NCBI GenBank assembly: GCA_964610325.1 | Contig: CAZSVO010000002.1 | Span: 204,475 to 268,474, forward strand | Source: an uncultured Candidatus Izemoplasmatales bacterium | Lineage (GTDB): Bacteria > Bacillota_I > Bacilli_A > Izemoplasmatales > Hujiaoplasmataceae | Length of the DNA stretch: 64,000 nt | Direction: 5' to 3' | Shown here: piece after piece, positions 37,770-49,041 of the stretch | How positions within the stretch are numbered: the stretch's first letter is position 1 | Layout of the letters: each line of letters opens with the position of its first letter | Program-made: the position numbers and the translations under genes | The notes under the pieces: generated by a model | What the model was told of the DNA's origin: nothing | Databases searched by the model: none | Seen by the model: only the letters and a program-made list of their open reading frames with translations

Positions 37770-38390
37770 TTAAAGTAGTTCTAGCAAAGCGATGTGATTA
37801 TGCTTTTCTTTGGCTAAGTCTAGTTTGTTGGTTTTATATGCAACAACTTTTAGTTCATCAAATAATTTAAGAAAATCGTTTATTTTAGACAAGACATTGA
37901 ATCCAAAAGTCTCACTACGATAATGCATAGGGATTATTATTTTAGGATTTAAGGTCTTGCATATCTGCTTAGCAATTAATGGGCCGATGGTATAATGACC
38001 ACCGATAGGTATCATGATGGCATCTAGATTTTTCAGTCTTTCAATTTGATTATCATCGAGCATAGTTCCCAAATCTCCTAGATGAACAATTTTGATATGT
38101 TTGTTTTCAATTACAGTAATCAGGTTCTTTCCTCTTTTTGTTCCATGCTCATTATCATGGTAAGACTCAATAAAAGATATATTTAACCCCTTAGGAAGTG
38201 GTTTATCGATTATCTTTACAGCTTTTCTGTAATTGTGATCAGCATGTTCATGCGAGCACAGTACAAGATTAGCGGATACATCGAGTTTATCTATTCCGGG
38301 AATCATTTCAGGATTAAAGGGGTCAAGACAAATAGAAAAATCCTCAATTGAGATTTTGAAACAAGAGTGACCATACCATTCTATTATCAT
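37770..38390 (-). CDS. MBL-fold metallo-hydrolase
   Basis: HxHxDH motif (SHEHADHN). Downstream His/Asp ligands. RBS GGAGG. Confidence 0.75.
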   Translation of the reverse strand: MIIEWYGHSCFKISIEDFSICLDPFNPEMIPGIDKLDVSANLVLCSHEHADHNYRKAVKIIDKPLPKGLNISFIESYHDNEHGTKRGKNLITVIENKHIKIVHLGDLGTMLDDNQIERLKNLDAIMIPIGGHYTIGPLIAKQICKTLNPKIIIPMHYRSETFGFNVLSKINDFLKLFDELKVVAYKTNKLDLAKEKHNHIALLELL

Positions 38391-38435
38391 AACTATTCCT
38401 CCTAATTATTAATTATTATACTAAGAAACATAAAA

Positions 38436-38472
38436 GAAAAAAAGGACATATCAGTTAAAATCATTGTCCTTT
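38436..38472 (-). terminator. Rho-independent terminator downstream of gyrA
   Basis: aaggacaatgattttaactgatatgtcctt followed by TTTTTTT on the minus strand. Confidence 0.65.
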
Positions 38473-38478
38473 TTTAGT

Positions 38479-41043
38479 TTAATATGTATTATTCAAGATT
38501 TCTTGAACTTCATCTATTTCGTTGTCTTCATTTGAATCAATGGAGAGATTTTCATCAACGATAGGATTTAAAGTATTATTGTTTATTTCATTGTTGTAAT
38601 TATCAACTATAGCTATTGTTGATACATGGTGTTCTTCTACAAGATTGATAATCTTAACGCCTTGAGTTGCTCGTTTAGTTACAGATATTTGATTAATCGG
38701 TGTTCTAATTATGATGCCTTTATCAGAAACAACCAAAACATCTTCGTTTCCAACAACGGCTATAAGTTTTGCTAAAGCGCCATTTTTTTCAGTCACATGG
38801 ATTGTTTTTACACCTTTTCCACCGCGTGATTGCAAACGGTATTCATCGACGTCTGTTCTTTTACCATAACCGTTTTTAGTAATGGCTAGAATTTGATTTC
38901 TTTCTTCAGTGACTGTACATACTCCCACAACTTCTTCGTCAACTGCTAAATCAATTCCTTTAACACCAGCTGCTGTTCTACCCATATTTCTTACATCTGT
39001 TTCATGAAAACGAATAGCTTTTCCATTAGATGCTCCGATAATAATCTCCCTTAAGCCATCAGTTAGCTTAACAGAGTGTAAGCAATCATCTTCCCTTAAA
39101 GAAATAGCTCTAATCCCATTAACTCTAATGTTTTGGAAATCTTTGACAAAAGTCCTTTTGACAACACCTTTTCTAGTTGTAAAGAAGAGGTACCCTGATT
39201 CAAAATCCTTTAATGGCATGACGGTTGCTAATTCTTCATTTTCATTTAAATCGAGCAAATTTACAATTGGAAGCCCTTTTGAATTACGTCCATAATTTGG
39301 GATTCGATAACCTTTGATTTTATATACTCTTCCTTCAGTGGTAAAGAACAAGAGATAATCATGAGTTTTTGTGAAGATGATTGAATCAATAACATCATCT
39401 TCATTGAGATTCATTCCCGTTTTACCTCTACCGCCTCTATTTTGTGCACGGTAGACATCTAAATTCATTCTTTTTACATAACCATTGGTTGTAATTGCAA
39501 TAATCACATCTTCAATTGGGATTAAATCCTCATCTTCAATGTCATAATCCCCCAACAAATCGATGTCAGTACGACGATTGTCGCCATATTTATCCATGAT
39601 TTCTTTTGCTTCATCAATTAGGATTTGATCTTGTTTGGTTTTGTCAATTAAAGTTTCTTGAAGGTCTGCTATTGTGTTTTCTAGCATGATAGTTTCTTCA
39701 TTTATTTTTTCTCTTTCAAGACCAGAAAGACGTCTCAGTTGCATCTGTAATATTGCTTTAGTTTGGATATCTGAAAGAGAGAATGTGTTGATTAGTTGTT
39801 CTTCAGTATCATCATAGGATTCTCTGATTATTTTGATTACTTGATCAATATTATCTAAAGCAATGATAAAACCTTCTAGGAGATGAAGCCTTTGTTTGGC
39901 TTTGTCTAAATCGAAATTAGTTTTTCTGATTAGAACTTCAACTTGGTGATTATAGTAATATCTAATCATGTCTACTAGATTCAGTACAACTGGCTTATCA
40001 TCTACTAAGGCTAACATATTTGCTCCAAAAGTAGATTGTAATTGAGAATTTTTGTATAAGTTGTTTAGAACTACCTCTGCATTTGCATCTCTTTTAAGTT
40101 CGATGACAATTCTCATTCCTTTGCGACTTGATTCGTCTCTTAAATCGGTAATTCCCTCAACTTTTTGTTCCTTAGCTAATTCAGCTATTCTATCAATCAA
40201 TGTTGATTTATTTACTTGATAAGGAATCTCAGTAACTATGATATGCTTCTTGCCGTTTGGTAATTCCTTAATCTCTGTTTTTGCCTTTATTCTGATTGAA
40301 CCTTTGCCTGTTTTATAAGCAGAAAGAATACCTGATTGTCCTAGAATAACGCCTCCTGTAGGGAAATCCGGACCCTTGATATACTCCATCATCTCATCCA
40401 CATCAATCTCTTTATTTTGAACATAGGCGATATATCCATTAATAACTTCATTTAAGTTGTGAGGAGGAATATTTGTTGCCATCGCAACTGCGATACCATT
40501 CGAACCATTGATGAGTAGATTAGGGATTCTTGTTGGTAATACTTTCGGTTCTCTTTCAGAGCCGTCATAATTGTCGACAAAATCAACAGTGTCTTTTTTT
40601 AAGTCTCTTAAAATTTCTGTTGTAATTTTTTCCATTTTAGCTTCAGTGTAACGCATTGCAGCTGGTGGATCTCCATCAATTGAACCAAAGTTTCCATGTC
40701 CATTAACTAAAGGATATCTTATTGAAAAATCTTGAGCCATTCTTACTAGCGCGTCATAGATTGATGAATCACCATGAGGATGGTATTTACCCATAACATC
40801 TCCGACAATTCTTGCGGATTTCTTGTATGATTTGTCGGGATAGACACCTAGTTCATCCATTCCATAAAGAATCCTTCTATGTACAGGTTTCAATCCATCC
40901 CTAACATCTGGCAAAGCTCTAGCGACAATTACACTCATCGCGTAAGACAAGAAGGAGTTTTTCATTTCACTGGATAGATTTATGTCTAGTATTTTATCTG
41001 TAGTTGGTATTTGATCATTTTGATTTGATTTAATATCTTCCAT
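38479..41043 (-). CDS. gyrA: DNA gyrase subunit A
   Basis: 854 aa. Active-site region and the QRDR-like AMRYTE motif. C-terminal beta-pinwheel repeats. Follows gyrB. Confidence 0.97.
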   Translation of the reverse strand: MEDIKSNQNDQIPTTDKILDINLSSEMKNSFLSYAMSVIVARALPDVRDGLKPVHRRILYGMDELGVYPDKSYKKSARIVGDVMGKYHPHGDSSIYDALVRMAQDFSIRYPLVNGHGNFGSIDGDPPAAMRYTEAKMEKITTEILRDLKKDTVDFVDNYDGSEREPKVLPTRIPNLLINGSNGIAVAMATNIPPHNLNEVINGYIAYVQNKEIDVDEMMEYIKGPDFPTGGVILGQSGILSAYKTGKGSIRIKAKTEIKELPNGKKHIIVTEIPYQVNKSTLIDRIAELAKEQKVEGITDLRDESSRKGMRIVIELKRDANAEVVLNNLYKNSQLQSTFGANMLALVDDKPVVLNLVDMIRYYYNHQVEVLIRKTNFDLDKAKQRLHLLEGFIIALDNIDQVIKIIRESYDDTEEQLINTFSLSDIQTKAILQMQLRRLSGLEREKINEETIMLENTIADLQETLIDKTKQDQILIDEAKEIMDKYGDNRRTDIDLLGDYDIEDEDLIPIEDVIIAITTNGYVKRMNLDVYRAQNRGGRGKTGMNLNEDDVIDSIIFTKTHDYLLFFTTEGRVYKIKGYRIPNYGRNSKGLPIVNLLDLNENEELATVMPLKDFESGYLFFTTRKGVVKRTFVKDFQNIRVNGIRAISLREDDCLHSVKLTDGLREIIIGASNGKAIRFHETDVRNMGRTAAGVKGIDLAVDEEVVGVCTVTEERNQILAITKNGYGKRTDVDEYRLQSRGGKGVKTIHVTEKNGALAKLIAVVGNEDVLVVSDKGIIIRTPINQISVTKRATQGVKIINLVEEHHVSTIAIVDNYNNEINNNTLNPIVDENLSIDSNEDNEIDEVQEILNNTY

Positions 41044-41055
41044 TTCTCTCTCCTT

Positions 41056-42956
41056 CTATATATCTAAATTTTTGACATATTCAGCATTTTCTTGGATAAA
41101 TACTTTTCTACTTTCGGTGTCATCACCCATAAGCATAGTAAAAACTCTATCAGCATCTATTGCGTCATCTAAAGTTACAAGTAATAATGTCCTAGTTGCA
41201 GGATCCATTGTTGTTTCCCATAATTGTTCGGGATTCATTTCTCCTAGACCTTTATATCTTTGGATAGTAGGCTTAGAATTTATATTGCTAAGTATTGCTT
41301 CAAGTTCTCTTTCTTGGTAAGCATATTGAATGCTTTTTCCAGATTGAATTTTGTATAGAGGAGGTTGAGCTATGTATACTGATCCATGTTCTATCAAAGG
41401 TTTTAAGTATCTAAAAAGGAATGTCAGTAATAGCGTTCTGATATGTGCTCCATCTACATCAGCATCGGTCATAATGATTATTTTTTTATATCTGAGGTTT
41501 TCTATATTAAACTCATCGCCGATTCCAGTTCCAAATGCTTGAATCATCGAGAGGATTTCTTTGTTTTGTAAAGCTTTGTCTAAACGGGCTTTTTCAACAT
41601 TCAATACCTTTCCTCTTAAAGGCAAAATAGCTTGAAACTCTGAATCTCTGCCTTGTTTAGCAGAACCTCCAGCAGAATCTCCCTCAACTATATATATCTC
41701 AGATCTTGTAGAGTCTTTTGTTCGGCAATCTGCTAGTTTTGATGCAAAACCAAGGTTATCAAGTGGTGATTTTCTTCTAGTGGCTTCTCTAGCTTTTTTT
41801 GCTGCTATTCGTGCTCTTTGCGCCATCAACGCTTTTTCAATGATAGTCTTAGCTGCACTTGGGTTTTCTAATAAAAATCTCTCTAAGCCCTCAGACATGA
41901 TGATAGAAACGGCTTTTCTAGCATCACTAGAACCTAATTTTGATTTTGTTTGACCTTCAAATTGTGGGTCAGGATGTTTGACTGAAATGATTGCTTCTAA
42001 GCCTTCACGAGTATCTTCTCCTGCCAAAGATTCATCTTTTTTAAAGAGGTTATTATTACGGCCATAGTTGTTTAGGATTCTTGTGAGGGTTGTTTTGAAG
42101 CCTTCTACATGAGTTCCACCTTCAGGATTAGTAATGTTATTTGTGAATGGATAGATGTTTTCAGCATAACCATTGTTATATTGCATAGCAATTTCAACAA
42201 TTATAAAGTCCTGTTCACCTTCAAAATAAGCCACTTGAGGGTGGGTTGTATCTTTTCCAGCATTCAAAAATTCAACATATTCTTTAACTCCACCTTCATA
42301 AAGATAGTCTTTTTGAATAAGTTTTAGTTCATTTCTTTGATCAGAAATTGAGAATTGGATACCTTTATTGAGAAAGGCCAATTGTTGGATTCTATTTCTG
42401 AGAATTTCGAACTCATAAACTTGACTTTCAACAAAAATGTTAGGGTCAGCTAAGAAAGTTACTATTGTTCCGGTTCTGTCTGTATCCCCGATACAAGTTA
42501 GTTCTTTCCTTAAAAAACCGTGATCAAATTCAATTACGTATTTTTTTGCATCTTTATGGATTTCGACAACCATAAATTCGCTAAGTGCGTTAACAACTGA
42601 AGCTCCTACGCCATGCAATCCACCAGAAACTTTATATGAATTGTGATCGAACTTTCCTCCAGCATGTAGAGTGGTGTATACTGTTTCAACCGAAGGTCTT
42701 CCAGTTTTTGGGTGAGTATCAACAGGAATTCCTCTACCATTATCTGTTACTCTGATAATATTTCCTGGAAGAATTTCGACTTGAATTTTATCGCAAAAGC
42801 CAGCTAGTGCCTCATCAACGGCATTATCGACTATTTCCCAAACCAGATGATGCAATCCTCTAGGACCAGTTGTACCTATATACATTCCAGGGCGTTTTTT
42901 TACTGCTTCAAGTCCTTCGAGGATTTGAATGTTACTAGAATCATACTTGTTGTCCA
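41056..42956 (-). CDS. gyrB: DNA gyrase subunit B
   Basis: Start revised to [28 protein letters not shown] (ATG at 42954-42956, RBS GGAGG). The track start at 43023 would overlap recF by 83 nt. GHKL ATPase, TOPRIM (EGDSAGG) and PLRGK motifs. Confidence 0.95.
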
Positions 42957-44041
42957 TTAGTTTTGTCCTCCTTAACAAAATGATTACTGACATTAAAAAT
43001 CTTTGAGTTTTTAAGAAAAGCACTATTGATTTCTTTAATGTTTGTTGTGGTTATTATTGTTTGAATTTTCACTGAATCAAGGTATTTTATAAGTTGATTC
43101 TGTCTTAAATAATCAAGTTCTGAGAAAACGTCATCAAGAAGAAGAATAGGCATAATCTGCTTTTGTTCGTAAATGATGTTAGCTATTGATAGTAGTAGTG
43201 AAAGGATTATGATTCTTTGCTCGCCTTGAGAAGCATAATCTTTCGCATAGATATCATCGATAAGAAAATCATAGTCATCGCGATGCGGACCGATACCAGT
43301 CGTTTTAAATAATAAATCCTTTTCATATCTTTTCTTAAAATTATTCAAGAAATCATCTTCTAAGGTTGGTTTATACTCAAGAAGAATTTTTTTGTTGTTA
43401 GCAGATAAGTAGTGATACATCTTAACTATTTCCTTGTTAATCCTTGAGATAAAATCTTTTCTCATCTTAAAGATAATCTCTGAGCTTGAGGCTATTTGTT
43501 CTGTGTAGATATCTAATAAAGTATAATCTTTAACTCTCTTTTCAGAAACCATTTTTAACAATTCGTTTCTTTGTTTTAGAATATTCTTGTATTGAGTTAA
43601 TTCGAGTAGATAATTTCGATCCATCTGCCCAATAATCATGTCGAGAAGAAATCTTCGATTTTTTGGCGGACCTTTTAGAAGGTCCATATCTTCAGGCAAA
43701 AAGGCCAATATTTTGACTTGGCCGAGAAAATCACTCAGTTTATCAATTTCTTTATTATTGACGATAATTTTTTTACCTATTTTTGTGATAATAATTTTAG
43801 GTTCAAAAAGTAATCTATCAATTATTTTTGCTTGTATTCTTGCAAAATCTTTCTCAAACCTAATCACTGAATTATCAGTTGTTTTATAAGATTTAGCTAG
43901 AGTCAAAAAATAAATTGCTTCTAGTAAATTGGTTTTACCACTGCCGTTATTACCTACCAAAAAATTTATTCCTTTACCAAAAACAATGTCTTGCTTTTTA
44001 TAGCCTCGATAATCTGTCAGCGAAAGATGAGATATAATCAT
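42941..44041 (-). CDS. recF: DNA replication and repair protein RecF
   Basis: Walker [10 protein letters not shown]. Signature and D-loop regions. Canonical position between yaaA and gyrB. Confidence 0.92.
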   Translation of the reverse strand: MIISHLSLTDYRGYKKQDIVFGKGINFLVGNNGSGKTNLLEAIYFLTLAKSYKTTDNSVIRFEKDFARIQAKIIDRLLFEPKIIITKIGKKIIVNNKEIDKLSDFLGQVKILAFLPEDMDLLKGPPKNRRFLLDMIIGQMDRNYLLELTQYKNILKQRNELLKMVSEKRVKDYTLLDIYTEQIASSSEIIFKMRKDFISRINKEIVKMYHYLSANNKKILLEYKPTLEDDFLNNFKKRYEKDLLFKTTGIGPHRDDYDFLIDDIYAKDYASQGEQRIIILSLLLSIANIIYEQKQIMPILLLDDVFSELDYLRQNQLIKYLDSVKIQTIITTTNIKEINSAFLKNSKIFNVSNHFVKEDKTNGQQV

Positions 44042-44250
44042 TTCTTGCTAATCCGAAAAGACTGTTGATCGATACTTAAAATATCTCCTGGATAAAGTTT
44101 TTTCCCTCTTCTATTTTCAAGGTTTTTATTTAGATAAACAGTTGAATTGTCTAAAAAATGTTTTACTTCGCCACCAGAGGATACGATGTTTGCAAATTTA
44201 AGAAATTGTCCTAAAGTTATATATTCAGTTGTAATTGCCACATCTTTCAT
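44038..44250 (-). CDS. yaaA: S4-domain RNA-binding protein YaaA
   Basis: 70-aa S4 fold. Overlaps the recF start. Canonical yaaA-recF pairing. Confidence 0.8.
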   Translation of the reverse strand: MKDVAITTEYITLGQFLKFANIVSSGGEVKHFLDNSTVYLNKNLENRRGKKLYPGDILSIDQQSFRISKK

Positions 44251-44335
44251 AAGGTTCTCCGTTATTATTATATATATAATATATTATATAATATAAAGGG
44301 TTTTTTTTCAATCAATATCTTTGTTTTATAACAAG

Positions 44336-44364
44336 ATAAAAGGCGCATTTTTAAGCGCCTTTTA
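44336..44364 (-). terminator. Rho-independent terminator at the mfd stop
   Basis: aaaaggcgc-ttaaaaatg-gcgcctttt. Hairpin overlaps the mfd stop codon. AT-rich yaaA promoter region follows. Confidence 0.55.
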
Positions 44365-47300
44365 GGTTGTTGAGTTTTTCTAGAAAATCCACCATGGAAT
44401 ATAACCAATGCTGTTTTAAATTAATGGTATCCAAGATGATTTGGAAGCGATTCTTATCAATCGAAAATCTAAAGTCCTTACTGACATCTAAACTTGTTTC
44501 AAAGAGTTTTTTTGCCACAAAACTAGAAGTCATTTCTTCAGATAGAGTTAAGGTTATATGTGCTTTGTTCTCCTTGATTTTTTCGATATCAATTTCTTTA
44601 GCGAAATTTTCAAAAAGTTTTTCATAGATGTATATCTCTAATTCAATATTATAGTCACCGAATCGATCTTTTATCTCATCTAGAAGAGATAAGACATCTG
44701 CGATTGACTTGACTGCATGTATTTTTTTGTGCATTTCTATTTTGATGTAATCATCTTGAATATAATCTTTTTCGATGAACTTTGAAACATTTGCTTTAAT
44801 TCGATTAGATTTTTCAGGTTTTTGATTTATGCCTTGAGCTTTAGTAACTTCTTCTTGAAGAATTCTCATATACATATCTATACCTACTGAATCAATAAAT
44901 CCGCTTTGCTCTTGCCCTAAGACGTCACCGGCACCTCTTATCGCTAAATCTCTTAAAGCAATCTTGAAGCCACTACCAAGTTCTGTAAATTCTTTGATAA
45001 CTTGAAGTCTCTTGTGAGCTTCTTCAGTAAGACGTTTACTCTTTTTATACATCAAATAGGCATATGCTATTCGGTTTGATCGGCCGACTCTACCTCTGAT
45101 TTGATAGAGTTGAGATAATCCAAGCATATCTGAGTCGTGAATTATCAGAGTATTTGCATTAGGTATATCAATACCTGTTTCGATGATTGTAGTTGAGATA
45201 AGACAATCAATCTCTTTTTCTATAAAATTATCAATGACCCTTTCTAACTCGCTTTTTCTCATCTTACCATGAGCGATATCAATTCTTGCTTCAGGAACTA
45301 ACTTCTTAAGCCTATCAGCAATAAAATCAATATTGTCTACTCGGTTATATAAGTAAAAAATTTGCCCATTTCTGGCTAATTCCCTCTCTATTGCATCTCT
45401 TAAAATAATGTCGTTTCTTTCTAGAACATAGGTTTGAATTGGATAACGATTTTCAGGAGCGCTTTCCAGAAGAGACATATTCTTTACTCCCATGATAGCC
45501 ATGTTAAGAGTTCTTGGTATAGGAGTAGCTGAAAGAGATAATACATCGATGCTTACTTTATACTCTTTAATCTTTTCTTTGTGCATTACACCAAAACGCT
45601 GTTCTTCATCAATAATCAATAATCCGAGATCTTTGAACTTAATATCATTACTTAACACTCTATGTGTGCCTATCAAAATATCAACTGAACCAATAATCAA
45701 TTCTTTGAGAATTTCTTTTTGTTTAGCTTTGGTTACAAATCTGTTTAATAAAGCAACATTGACGCCAAACTCGGACATTCTGTTTTTGAATGTCTCATAA
45801 TGTTGTTTTGAAAGAACGGTAGTAGGAGCTAGATAAGCTACTTGTTTATTGTTTAAAACAGCTTTGAATGCCGCTCTCATCGCTACTTCAGTTTTACCAA
45901 AGCCAACATCACCACATAATAATCGATCCATAGGCACAGATTTTCTCATGTCTTGAAAGACATCTTCAATCGCCTTTAACTGATCTAAAGTTTCGATATA
46001 TTCAAAGTTTTCAGCAAACTCTCTTTCTAATTTAGGAAAGTCTTGATATGAAAAGCCATTGGCCTTCTCTCTTTCTGAGTACAATTTGATTAATTTATCA
46101 GCAATCTCTTGAACCTGATTTCTAACTCTATCTTTGGTTTTGTTCCAATCACTACCACCAAGCTTTGATAGTTTGGGTTTATATCCTTCACTGCCAGAAT
46201 ACTTGTGAATTTGATCGATACCATCAAGAGTAATATATAACTTATCCCCGCCTTTGTATTCAATATGGATATAATCGTTTTGAACATTGCCAAACTGCAT
46301 AGTTTTTATTTCTAAAAATTTTCCTATTCCATAATCATAGTGAACTACATAATCACCAGGAGAAAGGTCATTGATGCTTGACAATCTTTCTGAGCGCTTA
46401 TATACAGAGACGTACTCACCTCTCTTCCTTGAAATATTCTTTCTTGTTAAGGCTTCTTCAGTAATCAGTTTGCATGAAAACGTTCTTGAAACAAAATCAA
46501 AAACCTGATTAGATATGATTAGATTGATTCGATCTTTAATTATTGATTTTTCGTTTGCATACTCAAGATTTAGATTATTAAGCTTTTTTGCAAATTCATT
46601 AAGATTATTTTGGTTCTCAAAAGCGATAATTTGGGTAATTTTAGTATTTAACCTTTCGATTTCTTTAAACAAATAGGTATAGTTATCATTGAAGGTTATA
46701 ACTTCTTCGCCAAATATCGAATATGAGTTTTTGAATTGGCTTTTATATGAATAATCTAAATAATCAACCTTTATTCCTGGTTTAATGATGAGCTCATTGA
46801 AATCATATAGTATTGTAAATCCCATTTTAGGGTAATCATTAGAAGACATATACCATTCCTTGATCTCTTCAATCAAGATTTCATTTTGCTCGATTAGACG
46901 ATGATAATCCAAACAAAATATTTTTGAATTCTTAGCTAAATCACTAATTGTATAATGGTTTTTTGTTAAAAAAGGTATATACTTGCTTAATCTTTCAAGT
47001 TCTTCGTGATTATCTAGTTTTTCCAAATCGTCGTTTATCATATCTAAGCTCTCTTTTGAAAATTCAGTATTTTCAATTTTAGATTTGATAATTGCTTCTA
47101 GATGATTATATTCAATTTCATCATAGAAGAAATCTACGATTGGCATCAAAGTAAAATTATCCGTTTTTTCAATTGATCTTTGCGTCTCAATATCAAATAC
47201 TTTTATTGTTTCTAACTCATCACCAAAGAAATCCAATCGATAAGGATTCAATGTGTTGATTGGATATATATCAACTATTCCTCCTCTTACAGAAAAATCT

Positions 47301-47812
47301 CCAATCTTTTCAACTGTATATTCTTGAACATATCCGTAATGCATCAAAGTTTTTTTAAGTGTTTCTAGGTCATATGTTTTACTAACTGTAAGATTAATTA
47401 AGGATTTCTCCCATTTTTCAGGAGAAAGTTGAGGTTTTAACATACCGTATAGATTAGAGACAATAATCATTTTTTGATTGTTGATAATTTTATTTATGGT
47501 GTTGATTCTTTCTAATCGAAATTCAATTGAACTAACTAATAATTCGTTAGTTAGAAATTCATCTTGCGGATAGAAACTTATCTCTTCGGGTTTTAAAGTT
47601 CTGCTTAATTTATCATAAAGAATCTGAGCTTTGTAGAGGTTTGGAGTGACAACGAAAATAGTGTCTTTGCCGTAATAATACATATCTAAAAGCACTAATA
47701 AGGAATTGTCCTCATTAGTGTTGTTAATATAAATCTCCTGATTAGTGAAGAATTTTTTTTCAATTGTTCTTAATAACTCGTGTTCTCTCAAATGCTTGAT
47801 GATATTTTTCAT
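44351..47812 (-). CDS. mfd: Transcription-repair coupling factor
   Basis: 1153 aa. UvrB-homology N-terminal region, RNAP-interacting domain, superfamily-2 helicase motifs (GDVGFGKTEVA; LLIIDEEQRFGV), TRG motif. RBS GGAGG. Confidence 0.95.
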   Translation of the reverse strand: MKNIIKHLREHELLRTIEKKFFTNQEIYINNTNEDNSLLVLLDMYYYGKDTIFVVTPNLYKAQILYDKLSRTLKPEEISFYPQDEFLTNELLVSSIEFRLERINTINKIINNQKMIIVSNLYGMLKPQLSPEKWEKSLINLTVSKTYDLETLKKTLMHYGYVQEYTVEKIGDFSVRGGIVDIYPINTLNPYRLDFFGDELETIKVFDIETQRSIEKTDNFTLMPIVDFFYDEIEYNHLEAIIKSKIENTEFSKESLDMINDDLEKLDNHEELERLSKYIPFLTKNHYTISDLAKNSKIFCLDYHRLIEQNEILIEEIKEWYMSSNDYPKMGFTILYDFNELIIKPGIKVDYLDYSYKSQFKNSYSIFGEEVITFNDNYTYLFKEIERLNTKITQIIAFENQNNLNEFAKKLNNLNLEYANEKSIIKDRINLIISNQVFDFVSRTFSCKLITEEALTRKNISRKRGEYVSVYKRSERLSSINDLSPGDYVVHYDYGIGKFLEIKTMQFGNVQNDYIHIEYKGGDKLYITLDGIDQIHKYSGSEGYKPKLSKLGGSDWNKTKDRVRNQVQEIADKLIKLYSEREKANGFSYQDFPKLEREFAENFEYIETLDQLKAIEDVFQDMRKSVPMDRLLCGDVGFGKTEVAMRAAFKAVLNNKQVAYLAPTTVLSKQHYETFKNRMSEFGVNVALLNRFVTKAKQKEILKELIIGSVDILIGTHRVLSNDIKFKDLGLLIIDEEQRFGVMHKEKIKEYKVSIDVLSLSATPIPRTLNMAIMGVKNMSLLESAPENRYPIQTYVLERNDIILRDAIERELARNGQIFYLYNRVDNIDFIADRLKKLVPEARIDIAHGKMRKSELERVIDNFIEKEIDCLISTTIIETGIDIPNANTLIIHDSDMLGLSQLYQIRGRVGRSNRIAYAYLMYKKSKRLTEEAHKRLQVIKEFTELGSGFKIALRDLAIRGAGDVLGQEQSGFIDSVGIDMYMRILQEEVTKAQGINQKPEKSNRIKANVSKFIEKDYIQDDYIKIEMHKKIHAVKSIADVLSLLDEIKDRFGDYNIELEIYIYEKLFENFAKEIDIEKIKENKAHITLTLSEEMTSSFVAKKLFETSLDVSKDFRFSIDKNRFQIILDTINLKQHWLYSMVDFLEKLNNLKGA

Positions 47813-47872
47813 TTTTCCTCCAACACCTTTTAGCGAGTTATCAACTCGCTAGGGCTATATATGGTTTTGATG

Positions 47873-48619
47873 TTACTTTTTACTTTGGATTTTATAAGCT
47901 GACTTTAGTATTAATGAAAGTGGCATAACCTTTAAAAGAATATATAGTATTTTCATTGAGAAACCAGGGATAACCAAGGCTTTTTTTCTTTTTATCCCCT
48001 TGATGATTTCATTAACACATTTGTCAACTTTTTGACCTTTCATTTTTTGGGTGGCATTTGCAACCTTTCCAAATTCTGTTTTTACAGGGCCTGGACAAAC
48101 GGTCATTACATTAATGGGTATCCCCTTCTTTTTCAACTCATATCTTAGTGCAGTGGAGTATGAATATACATAAGCTTTTGTTGCAGCATAACTAGCGAGT
48201 AGAGGTGTTGGGAGAAACGCGGCTAAACTACTGATGTTAATCAATTGTCCGTTTTTTATTTTCTTAATTGCATAAGCGCTTAAATAGTGTAGAGATTTAA
48301 TGTTTAGGTCAATCATAGATAATTCTCTATCTGTTGAAACCTCAAAAGAGTTACCTACTATTCCAAATCCTGCATTGTTGATAAATAAATCGATTTCATA
48401 TTGATCAAGTTTACTTGTTAGATCTTCCAAGTCAATCTGTTTCTCTAAGTCATAGGTATAAACTTCAATAGAAATCTGATACTGTTCGAGTTGTTTTTTA
48501 ATTTCTTCAAGACGGGTAGTACGCCTTGCAATCAAGACTAAATCATATTTGTTTTTTGCTAATTGTCTGGCTAATTCTTCGCCTATTCCTGATGAAGCAC
48601 CGGTAATCACTGCTAACAT
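47873..48619 (-). CDS. SDR-family oxidoreductase
   Basis: TGASSGIGEELA Rossmann motif. YxxxK (YAATKAYVYSY). Confidence 0.8.
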   Translation of the reverse strand: MLAVITGASSGIGEELARQLAKNKYDLVLIARRTTRLEEIKKQLEQYQISIEVYTYDLEKQIDLEDLTSKLDQYEIDLFINNAGFGIVGNSFEVSTDRELSMIDLNIKSLHYLSAYAIKKIKNGQLINISSLAAFLPTPLLASYAATKAYVYSYSTALRYELKKKGIPINVMTVCPGPVKTEFGKVANATQKMKGQKVDKCVNEIIKGIKRKKALVIPGFSMKILYILLKVMPLSLILKSAYKIQSKK

Positions 48620-48703
48620 TACTACCTCCTTGTTTATCTTAGTAAATTATATCATATTTTGATGGATTTGCTCTAATAAAAAAGAGAATTTGTTCTTGCT
48701 TTA

Positions 48704-48732
48704 AGGATAGATATTGACAACGCTTTCATATT
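48704..48732 (+). promoter_or_regulatory. Consensus sigma-A promoter driving the riboswitch leader
   Basis: TTGACA (48704-09), 17 nt, TATAAT (48727-32). Confidence 0.65.
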
Positions 48733-48754
48733 TAAGTATAATCTTAGTGAAATT

Positions 48755-48954
48755 GAATCGATACAGAGGAGCAAGATACTGGTATTAAGTCTTAGATTTT
48801 TGTAGTGGACGGACAAGGACTTAAGAAGGAGTGTTTTGCCGAAAGGGTTGATTAGTCTGTAAATCAAAACCTTGGTATTTAAACATACAGGATAAATACT
48901 GCCATTTAAATGGAGAGCTGTTATATTTTTGCAAAAAAATATAATGGCTTTTTT
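48755..48954 (+). ncRNA. Putative lysine riboswitch (L-box) with an intrinsic terminator expression platform, predicted ON-type
   Basis: L-box-like conserved blocks AGAGGAGC (48765-72), GCCGAAAGGG (48838-47), GGAGAGCUG (48912-20). Terminator 48917-48954 (gctgttatattttt-gcaa-aaaaatataatggc followed by TTTTTT). Its 5' arm overlaps the putative P1 3' strand. Precedent exists for L-boxes upstream of kamA lysine-catabolic operons. Confidence 0.45.
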
Positions 48955-49041
48955 AAATTATTTTAGGAGCTAGCTATACAAAAATCAAGTAAAAATGATA
49001 AATAATTAAAATTATGATATTTGAACATACTTAAAAAAGGA

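Noticed and set aside
42957-43023. Longer gyrB start (MLFLKTQRF...) from the ORF track
   Set aside because: It would overlap recF by 83 nt. An internal ATG with a perfect GGAGG RBS gives the canonical MDNKYDSS...[15 protein letters not shown]-terminus.
44251-44335. AT-rich spacer as oriC/DUE
   Set aside because: No DnaA-box (TTATCCACA-like) clusters. More simply explained as the yaaA promoter plus the mfd terminator.
47813-47872. Hairpin tagcgagtt-atcaa-ctcgcta between the SDR gene and mfd as a terminator
   Set aside because: No U-tract on either strand. The SDR gene and mfd are probably co-transcribed.
48673-48867. 64-aa minus-strand ORF
   Set aside because: Overlaps the promoter and riboswitch leader. 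No RBS. Leu/Ile-rich junk translation.
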